Origin: Congzhengia sp.
GTDB taxonomy: Bacteria > Bacillota > Clostridia > UBA1381 > UBA9506
DNA length: 63,474 bases
Direction: 5' to 3'
Assembly (NCBI GenBank): GCA_045534535.1
Contig: JAZSJX010000024.1
Span: 1-63,474 of the forward strand
Each line of letters begins with the position of its first letter. Position 1 is the stretch's first letter. Shown in pieces: positions 37,909 through 47,202 of this stretch. The notes beneath the pieces were generated by a model. That model was not told the origin of the DNA. It worked only from the letters and a program-made list of their open reading frames with translations, and did not search any database. The translations under genes and the position numbers were made by a program.

Positions 37909-38763
37909 TCAGACACAGATGGTTTCGCCCGGTTTAATACTGTGTAACTTGCCATCTACATCAATCCATATTGTTAAAAGCGTCGGGTTATATACTCTAT
38001 GACCATCAGCGCTATATCTCAAACTTTTATACGCCTGAACATAATCGTAGATTTCAATGTTTGTTGCATACCAGATTTCATCTTTTCCTGCCAGTTTTTT
38101 GCAGATTTCTTCGATATGATCCCAATTATCTTGCCTATCAAACTCAAAGCTATGTCCCCATATGTACAAAAGGCGCGGAACTCTTCTTGCATAGTATGCA
38201 TCTGTAGAAGTATCAATATTTAAAAAGTCATCAATGAGTTGCATGATTTTAGGATTGTTGTGATGGGCAGTAGGCATCCACGCATGAAAGTCTGAAGGCA
38301 ACATGAACGAATAGTTTTCCTTACCCAATGCTCGCGCATACGCAATATCAAGCTCAACCAGATACTGTTTTATCATCTCATAATTCCCAAAATTACCCAT
38401 TAGTGATATTCCGGTATCAGGATAAGCCATTCCACGAATAATACATTCACACTTTTCCTCAAGTTCAAGTCTACAGTCTAAAACATCTCTTATTCCTTCA
38501 ATAGGTCTTACATTACCGTTCGCTCTATGATTTAAACCATGTACAGCAATTTCATGTCCCTTCGATAAGAAATATTCTTTAACTTCCTCCTTTGTGAAAC
38601 TTGTTTCTTGAACAAATCCGCTGATAAAGTTAAAAGTACATTTCATATTGTATTTGTCAAATATCGCAGCAAGTCTTATGTCATGAATAACTCCATCGTC
38701 ATAGCTGAAAGTAACAGCCTTCGCTCTTCCTTCAGGATATCTCATAAATACTGTTCTTATCAT
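37909..38763 (-). CDS. Polysaccharide deacetylase (NodB/CE4) family protein
   Basis: TFSYDDG, HEIAVHGLNH, RGMAYP, YIWGHSFEF. Confidence 0.9.
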   Translation of the reverse strand: MIRTVFMRYPEGRAKAVTFSYDDGVIHDIRLAAIFDKYNMKCTFNFISGFVQETSFTKEEVKEYFLSKGHEIAVHGLNHRANGNVRPIEGIRDVLDCRLELEEKCECIIRGMAYPDTGISLMGNFGNYEMIKQYLVELDIAYARALGKENYSFMLPSDFHAWMPTAHHNNPKIMQLIDDFLNIDTSTDAYYARRVPRLLYIWGHSFEFDRQDNWDHIEEICKKLAGKDEIWYATNIEIYDYVQAYKSLRYSADGHRVYNPTLLTIWIDVDGKLHSIKPGETICV

Positions 38764-38826
38764 AATATTCTCCCTCTAATATTTTAAATAAATTTATAAT
38801 ATAATCATGCCAGGTTGGTCATAAAA

Positions 38827-38937
38827 TCATAAATATTTTTTGATCTTTTCGTACAATCTCTCAGATTGCTTTTTAAATCCGTTGTCGTTAGGATGAAGTC
38901 GTAAATCAGCGAAAATTTGTCTTAATGTTAGTTTCAT
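38827..38937 (-). pseudogene. Internally deleted SGNH/GDSL esterase remnant
   Basis: RBS AAGGGA then MKLTLRQIFADLRLHPNDNGFKKQSERLYEKIKKYL*; the DxxLHPNDxG block V and terminal helix are fused directly to a start peptide. Confidence 0.6.
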
Positions 38938-39105
38938 ATAATCCCTTCTTATCCTTAACATATAATCATTCTTTTTATAATTTACGCACAATAAGATGCC
39001 CCAGAATTCATTCTGCCAGGAAGCGAAAATATTTACTTACAAATGCGTTTTTATGATGCCGTCAGGCTTTTAGGAATTTTGCGAAATAAAACCCCATATG
39101 TATTA

Positions 39106-39134
39106 ATTGTATCATAAAAGTTATTTATTTTCAA
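39106..39134 (-). promoter_or_regulatory. Sigma-A promoter of the esterase/deacetylase islet
   Basis: TTGAAA-17 bp-TACAAT with extended -10 TG. Confidence 0.6.
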
Positions 39135-39178
39135 TTTCATTTATGTTACAATTAAAAAACTGTTTACACTTTTACTCG

Positions 39179-39207
39179 TTGACATACACCTTTCGTTGTG
39201 CTAAAAT
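39179..39207 (+). promoter_or_regulatory. Sigma-A promoter of queT
   Basis: TTGACA-17 bp-TAAAAT with TG; the transcript would start at the riboswitch stem. Confidence 0.75.
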
Positions 39208-39214
39208 ACATTTC

Positions 39215-39257
39215 GGTGAGTTCGAGACCTTCCTCACCTAAAACAAAACTAAAGGAG
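39215..39257 (+). ncRNA. preQ1-I riboswitch
   Basis: Stem GGTGAG/CTCACC, loop TTCGAGACCTTC, A-rich tail AAAACAAAACTAA running into SD AGGAG, upstream of a QueT gene. Confidence 0.85.
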
Positions 39258-39265
39258 AATTTAAT

Positions 39266-39751
39266 ATGGCTAGAAAAAAAACGAGGTTCTTAGTCCACTC
39301 GTCTTTCATTGGAGCTATCTATGTAGTTTTAACATATTTAGCCTCAATGCTTGGTCTGTCCTCAGGGGTAATCCAGATAAGATTTTCGGAGGCTCTGACG
39401 ATACTCCCCATATTTACACCTGCTGCAATTCCCGGGCTTTTTATAGGATGTCTTATATCTAACCTCTTGTCAGGGTGCATAGTATGGGATGTTGTGTTTG
39501 GAAGCTTAGCAACGCTGATTGGTGCAGTTTTTACATACCTTTTAAGAAAAAAAAGGCATCTTGCAATTGTGCCCCCAATCATTTCAAACACCTTAATCGT
39601 TCCGTTTGTTTTAAAATTTGCCTACGGAATTCCGGGAAGCGTATGGTATTTTATGATAACCGTCGGCATTGGAGAAATAATATCGTGTGGTGTTTTAGGA
39701 ACGCTCTTAATTAACATTCTAAAAAAATTTCAAAAGCAAATAAATTGGTAA
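39266..39751 (+). CDS. queT: QueT family queuosine-precursor transporter
   Basis: IGAIYVVLT, IQIRFSEAL, GLFIGCLISN, DVVFGSLAT; preQ1 riboswitch upstream. Confidence 0.9.
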   Translation: MARKKTRFLVHSSFIGAIYVVLTYLASMLGLSSGVIQIRFSEALTILPIFTPAAIPGLFIGCLISNLLSGCIVWDVVFGSLATLIGAVFTYLLRKKRHLAIVPPIISNTLIVPFVLKFAYGIPGSVWYFMITVGIGEIISCGVLGTLLINILKKFQKQINW

Positions 39752-39753
39752 GC

Positions 39754-39786
39754 AAAATGGCTGTAGCAAAATGCTACAGCCATTTT
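39754..39786. terminator. Bidirectional terminator (CTGTAGCA family)
   Basis: AAAATGGCTGTAGCA-AAA-TGCTACAGCCATTTT between convergent queT and hydA. Confidence 0.85.
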
Positions 39787-39801
39787 ATTTTTTTTTTAAT
39801 T

Positions 39802-41550
39802 TTAATAATTGATTTTTTTACGAGCCTCGTAATGTGTGTGTAAAAGCTCATGTGCCTTATGTCCGCAAGGCTCTCCTAAGAATTCTTCGTAAAGTGCCTT
39901 TACATACGGATTTTCGTGAGATTTTCTTAAAGGCAGGTTCTTGTCTTCCTCATAAAGTGCCTTTGCACGAGCAGCCTTTAAGTCGATTTCCATACGGGTT
40001 TTAGATGAAACAATCGGCTGACCGCCACCTGTTACACAACCGCCTGGGCAACCCATAATCTCAATAAAGTGATAGTTTGCTTCGCCTCTTCTGATTTTCT
40101 CAAGTAATTCTCTTGCATTACCTAAGCCGTGAGCAACCGCAACATTAACATCCATATCTCCGATTTTAACTGTTGCTTCTTTAATGCCCGCAGTTCCTCT
40201 AACTTCGTTAAAGTCTACTTTTTCAAGTTCTTTTCCTGTTAGAACTTCAGAAACTGTACGAAGTGCAGCTTCCATAACACCGCCTGTTGCACCGAAGATT
40301 ACCGCAGCACCTGTTGCAGCATCACCGAACGGATTATCAAATACTGAGTCAGGTAATTTGTTAAACTCAATGCCTGCTTCTTTAATCATTTTAGCAAGCT
40401 CGCGTGTTGTTAAAACTGCATCAACATCGTATAAGCCATTATTTGCAAGCTCGTTTCTTTGTGCCTCAAACTTTTTAGCGGTACAAGGCATAACAGAAAC
40501 TACGAAAATGTCTTTAGGGTCAATACCTGCTTTTTCAGCATAGTATGTCTTTAAAATCGCACCAAACATTTCGTGAGGAGATTTCGCAGAAGATAAGTTG
40601 TCTAAAAAGTCAGGGAAGTTATGCTCGCAGAACTTAACCCAACCAGGACTACAAGATGTAATCAAAGGAAGTGCTCCGCCATTTTTAATTCTGTTTATAA
40701 GTTCTGTTCCCTCTTCCATAATTGTAACATCGGCACCAAAGTCTGTATCAAACACCTTGTCAAATCCAAGATATTTTAAAGATGTTACCATTTTGCCTGT
40801 TACAGGAACGCCGATTTCCATGCCAAATTCTTCGCCTAATGCTGCACGAACTGCAGGAGCAGTCTGTACAACAACATGCTTTGTATCGTCAGCTAAAGCT
40901 GCCCATACATCCTTTATGCTATCTTTTTCATGAAGTGCGCCAACAGGACAAGCTGTTATACACTGACCACAGTTTACACAGTCTGTTGAAGATAGAGGGA
41001 GTGCAAATGTTGAACCGATTTTTGTTGTAAAGCCTCTGCCTTGAGCATCAATTGCGCCGATTGTCTGTACCTTCTTACAAACAGCAACACATCTTCTGCA
41101 AAGCACACACTTGTTGTTATCACGAACGATTGATGTTGATAAATCGTCAATCTCGTGTTCTGTCATTTCGCCCTCATAAGCGATATCGGAAACTCCTAAA
41201 TCTTCACATAGCTTCTGAAGCTCGCAGTTTTGATTTCTTGTACATGTTAAGCACTTTCTGTCGTGGTTAGAAAGTGTAAGCTCTAAAACTGCTTTTCTTG
41301 CTTTTCTTACCTTTTCTGTGTTTGTGAAAACCTCCATACCCTCGTTTACAGGGTATACGCAGGCTGTAACCAATCCTCTTGCACCTTTAACCTCAACCAA
41401 GCACATTCTGCACGCACCGATTTCGTTAATATCCTTCATGAAACAAAGTGTAGGAATGTTAATTCCTGCATCTTTTGCTGCCTGCAAGATTGTATAGTTT
41501 TTAGGAACAGACAAGTCAATTCCGTTAATTTTAATATTTACCATATCCAT
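39802..41550 (-). CDS. hydA: [FeFe] hydrogenase catalytic subunit (multimeric NADH-linked type)
   Basis: H-cluster motifs TSCSPGW, MPCTAKKFE, EIMGCPGGCVTGGGQP; N-terminal 2Fe-2S and 4Fe-4S motifs. Confidence 0.97.
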   Translation of the reverse strand: MDMVNIKINGIDLSVPKNYTILQAAKDAGINIPTLCFMKDINEIGACRMCLVEVKGARGLVTACVYPVNEGMEVFTNTEKVRKARKAVLELTLSNHDRKCLTCTRNQNCELQKLCEDLGVSDIAYEGEMTEHEIDDLSTSIVRDNNKCVLCRRCVAVCKKVQTIGAIDAQGRGFTTKIGSTFALPLSSTDCVNCGQCITACPVGALHEKDSIKDVWAALADDTKHVVVQTAPAVRAALGEEFGMEIGVPVTGKMVTSLKYLGFDKVFDTDFGADVTIMEEGTELINRIKNGGALPLITSCSPGWVKFCEHNFPDFLDNLSSAKSPHEMFGAILKTYYAEKAGIDPKDIFVVSVMPCTAKKFEAQRNELANNGLYDVDAVLTTRELAKMIKEAGIEFNKLPDSVFDNPFGDAATGAAVIFGATGGVMEAALRTVSEVLTGKELEKVDFNEVRGTAGIKEATVKIGDMDVNVAVAHGLGNARELLEKIRRGEANYHFIEIMGCPGGCVTGGGQPIVSSKTRMEIDLKAARAKALYEEDKNLPLRKSHENPYVKALYEEFLGEPCGHKAHELLHTHYEARKKINY

Positions 41551-41571
41551 TATAGATTGCTCCTCCTTCAA

Positions 41572-43368
41572 TTACTGTTTGCTGATTGCCTTAAACGGAC
41601 ACTTGCTTTCGCAAACACCACATTTAATACATTTAGCAGGATCGATAGTGAACGGACTCTTAACCTGTCCTGAAATAGCACCGACAGGGCACTGTTTAGC
41701 ACAGATACTGCAGCCTTTACATTTTTCGGGGTCAATCTTATATGAAAGCAACGCTTTACATACGCCTGCAGGACATTTTTTGTCAACAACATGGGCAATG
41801 TATTCGTCTCTGAAGTAACGAAGTGTGCTTAATACCGGGTTAGGAGCAGTCTGTCCCAAACCGCAAAGAGCTGTTGTTTTGATTGTTTCTGCAAGGCTTT
41901 CTAACTTATCGATATCTTCAAGTGTTCCTTTGCCCTCTGTAATTCTGTCTAAGATTTCAAGCATTCTCTTTGTACCAACACGGCAAGGTGTACATTTACC
42001 GCAGGACTCATCAACTGTAAACTCTAAGAAGAATTTTGCGATATCTACCATACAGGTATCTTCGTCCATAACGATAAGTCCGCCTGAACCCATCATAGAA
42101 CCAATCTGGATAAGTGAGTCGTAGTCGATAGGTGTGTCAATTAAAGACATAGGAATACATCCGCCTGAAGGACCACCTGTCTGAGCTGCCTTGAATTTTT
42201 TACCATTAGGAATACCACCACCGATTTCCTCAACGATTTCGCGAAGTGTTGTTCCCATAGGAACTTCAACTAAACCTGTGTTTTTAATTTTACCACCTAA
42301 TGCGAATACCTTTGTACCCTTACTCTTTTCTGTACCGATTGATTTAAACCAGTCAGCACCATTTAGGATAATCTGTGTGATATTAGCATAGGTTTCAACA
42401 TTATTTAAAAGTGTTGGCTTCTGCCATAAGCCTTTAACAGCCGGGAATGGCGGTCTTGGTCTCGGCTCTCCTCTATGACCCTCAATTGATGTCATAAGTG
42501 CGGTTTCTTCACCGCAAACGAATGCACCTGCACCAAGTCTTACATCTAAGTTAAATGAAAAATCTGTACCGAAGATGTTTTCTCCTAAAAGGCCATATTC
42601 TTTAGCCTGGTCTATTGCAATCTGTAATCTCTTTACTGCAATTGGGTACTCAGCACGAATGTAGATGTAACCCTGGTCAGCACCTACAGCGTAAGCTGCA
42701 ATTGCCATTGCTTCGATAACTGCGTGAGGATCACCCTCTAGAATAGAACGATCCATGAATGCACCTGGGTCGCCCTCGTCAGCATTACATGCAACATATT
42801 TTCCGTTAGGACCCTCAGCGTTTGCTGTAAACATCCATTTCATACCTGTTGAGAAGCCGCCGCCGCCACGACCGCGAAGACCTGATTCTTTTACTACATC
42901 GATTACTTCTGCAGGTGTCATTTCTGTTAAAACTTTCCCTAACGCTTTGTAACCATCTGTACCTATATATTCTTCAATATTTTCAGGGTCAATAACGCCA
43001 CAGTTACGAAGTGCAATTCTAAGCTGCTTTTTGTAGAAATCAACCTCATTTAGAGATTTAATTGAATCCTCTTCTACTGTTTCATCATATAAAAGGCGTG
43101 TTACAATTCTGCCCTTTAGAAGATGCTCTGTAACGATTTCGTTTACATCCTCAGGCTTTACCATGCTGTAGAATGCGCCCTCAGGGTACACAACTACGAC
43201 AGGACCTAAAGCACAAAGGCCAAAGCAACCTGTCTTTATAACCTTAACTTCTTTTTCCAAGCCATTTTCCTTTAGGCTTTTTTCAAATTCTGTAATAATT
43301 TTTTCGCTGCCTGAAGAGGTACAGCCTGTACCGCCGCAGACTAACACATGCGCTCTTGCAAAATCCAT
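41572..43368 (-). CDS. hydB: Hydrogenase flavin subunit HydB (NuoF-like)
   Basis: GLRGRGGGGF, NADEGDPGAFMDR, GAFVCGEETAL, ESCGKCTPCR, C-terminal 2x[4Fe-4S]. Confidence 0.96.
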   Translation of the reverse strand: MDFARAHVLVCGGTGCTSSGSEKIITEFEKSLKENGLEKEVKVIKTGCFGLCALGPVVVVYPEGAFYSMVKPEDVNEIVTEHLLKGRIVTRLLYDETVEEDSIKSLNEVDFYKKQLRIALRNCGVIDPENIEEYIGTDGYKALGKVLTEMTPAEVIDVVKESGLRGRGGGGFSTGMKWMFTANAEGPNGKYVACNADEGDPGAFMDRSILEGDPHAVIEAMAIAAYAVGADQGYIYIRAEYPIAVKRLQIAIDQAKEYGLLGENIFGTDFSFNLDVRLGAGAFVCGEETALMTSIEGHRGEPRPRPPFPAVKGLWQKPTLLNNVETYANITQIILNGADWFKSIGTEKSKGTKVFALGGKIKNTGLVEVPMGTTLREIVEEIGGGIPNGKKFKAAQTGGPSGGCIPMSLIDTPIDYDSLIQIGSMMGSGGLIVMDEDTCMVDIAKFFLEFTVDESCGKCTPCRVGTKRMLEILDRITEGKGTLEDIDKLESLAETIKTTALCGLGQTAPNPVLSTLRYFRDEYIAHVVDKKCPAGVCKALLSYKIDPEKCKGCSICAKQCPVGAISGQVKSPFTIDPAKCIKCGVCESKCPFKAISKQ

Positions 43369-43387
43369 TTACTGTTTACCTCCTCAT

Positions 43388-43762
43388 TTATTTGTCAGCT
43401 TCGCCGATAGTATACTCTGTAACTACATTACCGTTTACTATATGCTCTGCAACAACTTTTTTTGCTTTTTCTTCTGTCATTTTAACATAGGTAACTCTTT
43501 CTTTACCTGGTGCGTGAACCTCAACAATAGGCTCTAATCGGCACATTCCGATACAACCTGTCTGTGCAACTGTTACATGGGATAACCCTCTTTTACCTAC
43601 CTCTTCAACTAATGCAGATAAAACAGGTCTTGCACCTGCCGCAATTCCGCAGGTTGCCATACCAACAACTATACGAACTGTATCATCGTCTGAATCTTTT
43701 CTGATATCAACTTGATTTTTAATCTTGTTCTTAATCGCTTCAAGTTCTGCTAAACTTTTCAT
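43388..43762 (-). CDS. Thioredoxin-like [2Fe-2S] ferredoxin subunit (HydD-like)
   Basis: GMATCGIAAGA, QTGCIGMCRLEP. Confidence 0.9.
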   Translation of the reverse strand: MKSLAELEAIKNKIKNQVDIRKDSDDDTVRIVVGMATCGIAAGARPVLSALVEEVGKRGLSHVTVAQTGCIGMCRLEPIVEVHAPGKERVTYVKMTEEKAKKVVAEHIVNGNVVTEYTIGEADK

Positions 43763-43791
43763 TCTGCTTACCTCTTTTCATATAATGATGT

Positions 43792-44337
43792 TTAAACTGA
43801 AAGCCCGTTTAAACCTTCTTTTAAATAATCTTTAAGCCATAACACAATTTCGGGGCTTCCAAGTGAAATTTCTTCCCCTAAAATCTCTTTTATCTTTCGT
43901 GTATCAAGTGTAAAGCTTTTATCGTTCCTTTTATGCTCATACAAAAAATCAATTTTTTCGTTACCACTCATTAAGGATACCATTGTTTCGCTCATATCTC
44001 CTAGGGGTTGCCTGTCGATATGATTATATGTAAATCTTACCTTAACAACAGTTCCTACATTTTTTTTAGAATCAATTGTAAGATACCCACCTGTGTTTTC
44101 AGCAGCTGCTTTAAAAAGCGACAAGCCCATTCCAACTTTTCTTGTTGTCCTTGTTGTTTTAAAAGGGTCAGTAACGCTTGCCAAAAACTCTTTGTCCATT
44201 CCGCAACCGTTGTCTTCAATTACAATATCCAAAACATTTTTTTCTATTGCTTCATCTATCGTAACTTTAATAAGACTCGCGTTCGCTTTTACGGAATTAT
44301 TCACGATATCTAAAATATGCAGTGATAATTCGAGCAT
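43792..44337 (-). CDS. Stand-alone histidine-kinase-like ATPase (HATPase_c)
   Basis: ELSLHILDIVNNS (N box), DNGCGM (G1), DPFKTT, GMGL (G2), HIDRQPLG; no HisKA or sensor domain. Confidence 0.88.
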   Translation of the reverse strand: MLELSLHILDIVNNSVKANASLIKVTIDEAIEKNVLDIVIEDNGCGMDKEFLASVTDPFKTTRTTRKVGMGLSLFKAAAENTGGYLTIDSKKNVGTVVKVRFTYNHIDRQPLGDMSETMVSLMSGNEKIDFLYEHKRNDKSFTLDTRKIKEILGEEISLGSPEIVLWLKDYLKEGLNGLSV

Positions 44338-44350
44338 AACAACCTCACAA

Positions 44351-44842
44351 TTATTCGTATTTTGCTAAAATTCCGTCAATATCTTCAGGAACCAATCTTC
44401 CGTAAACATCCTCGTTAACGGTAAGAACAGGAGCCAAACCGCAAGCACCGATGCAACGGGTTGCCTCGATGGAATACTTGCCGTCAGGTGTACATTCACC
44501 TACATCGATTCCAAGCTTTTCCTTGATTTTGTCAAGCAAAACACCTGAACCTTTAACATAGCATGCTGTACCTAAGCAAACAGCAATGTTATACTTACCT
44601 TTTGGATTGGTTGTAAACTGTGTGTAGAAGGTTACAACACCGTAGATTTCACTCATAGAGATACCTAAGCCATCAGATATCATCTGCTGAACCTCAATAG
44701 GAAGATAGCCGTAAAGCTCCTGTGCCTCATGAAGCACGGGAATAAGTGCACCATCTTGTCCTTTGTGTTTAGAAATGATTTGCATCAATTTTTCTTCCTG
44801 CTCTTTCGTGCCGGAAAATGCGATTTTACTAATTTCGCTCAA
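44351..44842 (-). CDS. hydC: Hydrogenase [2Fe-2S] subunit HydC (NuoE-like)
   Basis: VVTFYTQF, VCLGTACYVKG, RCIGACGLAP. Confidence 0.94.
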   Translation of the reverse strand: MSEISKIAFSGTKEQEEKLMQIISKHKGQDGALIPVLHEAQELYGYLPIEVQQMISDGLGISMSEIYGVVTFYTQFTTNPKGKYNIAVCLGTACYVKGSGVLLDKIKEKLGIDVGECTPDGKYSIEATRCIGACGLAPVLTVNEDVYGRLVPEDIDGILAKYE

Positions 44843-44887
44843 AAGATTACCCCCTTAAATATATTAAGAAATTTAAATTTAAAAACT

Positions 44888-44905
44888 TTGTTAATAAATT
44901 AACAA
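44888..44905. promoter_or_regulatory. Rex (NADH/NAD+ sensor) operator
   Basis: TTGTTAATAAATTAACAA matches the clostridial Rex consensus TTGTTAA-N4-TTAACAA, upstream of the hydrogenase operon. Confidence 0.8.
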
Positions 44906-45010
44906 ATTATTGTAACATGCTATAACAATTATACCAAACAAAAACAAAAAAGTCTATAGTATTTTCATAATTTTTTGTCAAAAAACAGAGTTTTTTGATT
45001 TAAATGCAGC

Positions 45011-45044
45011 AAAACCGAAACACAAATATCAGTGCTTCGGTTTT
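45011..45044 (-). terminator. Terminator after the XRE-cupin gene
   Basis: AAAACCGAA.CAC...GTG.TTCGGTTTT hairpin. Confidence 0.6.
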
Positions 45045-45062
45045 CCTCTGTAAATTATTAAC

Positions 45063-45620
45063 TTATCTCATAATAACACAAACAAATTTTGCGGTCTTTC
45101 CGTCCAACGCCTTCATACCATGAGGATAGCCGGAATCAAAGTATAAAGAATCGCCAGGCTCCATTAAAATGGTGCTGTCGTTAATTCTTATTTCCAATCT
45201 TCCCTCTAAAAGATAGTTAAACTCCTGACCATGATGCGATGTTATCGCCATAGGCTCGTCTTTTTCTGATACAGGAACAGTAACTAAAAGTGCTTCAGAA
45301 TGAGCATTTGCAAAATTATATGAAAGGTTCTGATACGCATATTCCCTTTTTCTTGAAACATCTAATCCCTTACCGCTTTTTATATGACTGTAAATTTTAA
45401 GCTTAGGTGCAGAGCCTGACAACAGCTCAGTAAGTTCCAAACCAAAATGTCCTGCAACATCATATAAAACACTCACAGGAATATCCTCTTCCCCATTTTC
45501 GTATTTTTTATAATTTTCAATCGGCACGCCAATGGTTTTTGCTAAGGTTTCAGCTGTCATATCCTCAGCTTCTCTTAAACCTACGAGTCTTTGGGCAATC
45601 TGTTTTACTTGTTCTGTCAT
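45063..45620 (-). CDS. XRE family HTH-cupin transcriptional regulator
   Basis: IAQRLVGLRE...YENGE.DIPVS HTH plus HHGQEFNY...GDSLYFDS..PHGM cupin. Confidence 0.9.
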   Translation of the reverse strand: MTEQVKQIAQRLVGLREAEDMTAETLAKTIGVPIENYKKYENGEEDIPVSVLYDVAGHFGLELTELLSGSAPKLKIYSHIKSGKGLDVSRKREYAYQNLSYNFANAHSEALLVTVPVSEKDEPMAITSHHGQEFNYLLEGRLEIRINDSTILMEPGDSLYFDSGYPHGMKALDGKTAKFVCVIMR

Positions 45621-45792
45621 CTGAATCACGCTCCAAATATATTCTTTAATTACATTATAGCAGAAAAAAATTATAATTTAAAGAGTTTTTTGAAAAAATA
45701 TTAAATTGATATGAAATTTTGAGGTTTTCTATTTACATAAAAAATTTTTTGTTTTATAATTATAGTAAGAAAATTTTTAGGAGTGTAAAATT

Positions 45793-46440
45793 TTGTTCAG
45801 ACAACTAATGTATCAGGGCTTTAGCTTAGAAAGTATTATATATGTTTTAATGAGAGTTATAACCGTACTTTTAGCCATCAGTATTCACGAAATGGCACAC
45901 GGCTTTTTGGCGTATAAATTAGGCGACCCTACCGCAAAATTTGATGGCAGACTCTCGCTAAACCCATTAAGACATATCGACCCGTTTGGTGCTTTATGTA
46001 TGTTCTTTTTTGGCTTTGGCTGGGCAAAGCCAGTTATGGTAAACCCCAACTACTTTAGAAATTATAAGAAAGATATGGCACTTACAGCACTTGCAGGTCC
46101 CGTTTCAAACATATTGCTCGGATTTGTTGGTGTAATCATTTGGGTTCATTTAGCACCAATCGTAAACAATGCTTATTTTTCTATGTTTATAACAATGTTT
46201 GTAACCTTAAATATAAGCCTTGCGGTTTTTAATCTTTTACCGATTCCGCCTCTTGACGGCTCTAAAATATTTTTACCTCTTTTACCGTCCAGAGTTTATT
46301 ATGATATAATGAGGTACCAGCAGTTTGGTTTTATAATTTTGATTATTGCACTTTATTTGGGCGTATTAGACCCTATTTTAAACATATGCTCAAACGGTAT
46401 ATTAAGAGTATTAATCTTTCTTGCAGGGGGTGGCTTTTAA
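45793..46440 (+). CDS. Site-2 protease (M50) family
   Basis: HEMAH, GWAKPV, AGPVSN, FNLLPIPPLDGS. Confidence 0.94.
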   Translation: MFRQLMYQGFSLESIIYVLMRVITVLLAISIHEMAHGFLAYKLGDPTAKFDGRLSLNPLRHIDPFGALCMFFFGFGWAKPVMVNPNYFRNYKKDMALTALAGPVSNILLGFVGVIIWVHLAPIVNNAYFSMFITMFVTLNISLAVFNLLPIPPLDGSKIFLPLLPSRVYYDIMRYQQFGFIILIIALYLGVLDPILNICSNGILRVLIFLAGGGF

Positions 46441-47202
46441 GTGGAAGAAACCCTTTACCAGGATAGCAGGCACGCCGTAAAGCTAAATGTTTTTGAAGGT
46501 CCGTTAGAGCTTTTGCTACACCTTCTTAAAAAGAATAAAGTAAGTATTTACGAAATACCGATTGTTGAAATTACAAAACAGTATTTTGAGTATATGGAAG
46601 CTTTAAATAAGTATGACATCGAATACTCAAGCGAGTTTGTCGTAATGGCTGCAGAGCTTTTATATATAAAGTCGAAGATGCTTATTCCAAGAAACGAGGA
46701 GGTCGAGGAAGAAGATCCCCGTCAGGACCTTGCAAGGCGTTTGGCAGAATACCAGAAGATGAAAATAGTTTCTGAAATTTTAAGAGAAAAAGAATTTTCA
46801 GATTTTTATAACTTTTATAAAGCCCCTGAGGTTTTGCCAAAACGAGAGGCTGATTATTCCGACCAGAGCTTTGATGTATCAATTCTATGGGATGCGTTTT
46901 TGATGGTGCTTGACAAAAAAGAAAGGAAAGAGCCTCCGTCAAAAACTGCTTTTACCGGTATAGCAGGCAGAGAGCAGGTTTCTGTAAAATCAAGGGCAAC
47001 CTACATAAGTAAAAAATTATCACTTAAAAATAAGGTAGCTTTTACATCGCTTTTTGATGATTCTCAGTCAAGACCATCGATTATTGCAACATTTTTAGCA
47101 CTATTGGAAATGATAAAGCTTGAAATCGTAAAAGCGAGTATAAATGGTGCTGACATTTTCATTGAAAAACTTAAGGACGGCGATATTGTAGATGAGTATT
47201 AG
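46441..47202 (+). CDS. scpA: Segregation/condensation protein A
   Basis: FEGPLELLLHL, EFVVMAA.LLYIKSKML, TFLALLEM. Confidence 0.96.
   Translation: MEETLYQDSRHAVKLNVFEGPLELLLHLLKKNKVSIYEIPIVEITKQYFEYMEALNKYDIEYSSEFVVMAAELLYIKSKMLIPRNEEVEEEDPRQDLARRLAEYQKMKIVSEILREKEFSDFYNFYKAPEVLPKREADYSDQSFDVSILWDAFLMVLDKKERKEPPSKTAFTGIAGREQVSVKSRATYISKKLSLKNKVAFTSLFDDSQSRPSIIATFLALLEMIKLEIVKASINGADIFIEKLKDGDIVDEY

Noticed and set aside
38938-39100. ~160-nt leader of the esterase islet as a known riboswitch (c-di-GMP, fluoride)
   Set aside because: No convincing consensus or stable nested stems; may be further gene debris.
41568-44842. NuoE/NuoF-like genes as respiratory complex I
   Set aside because: No membrane Nuo subunits; they adjoin an H-cluster protein and are hydrogenase subunits.
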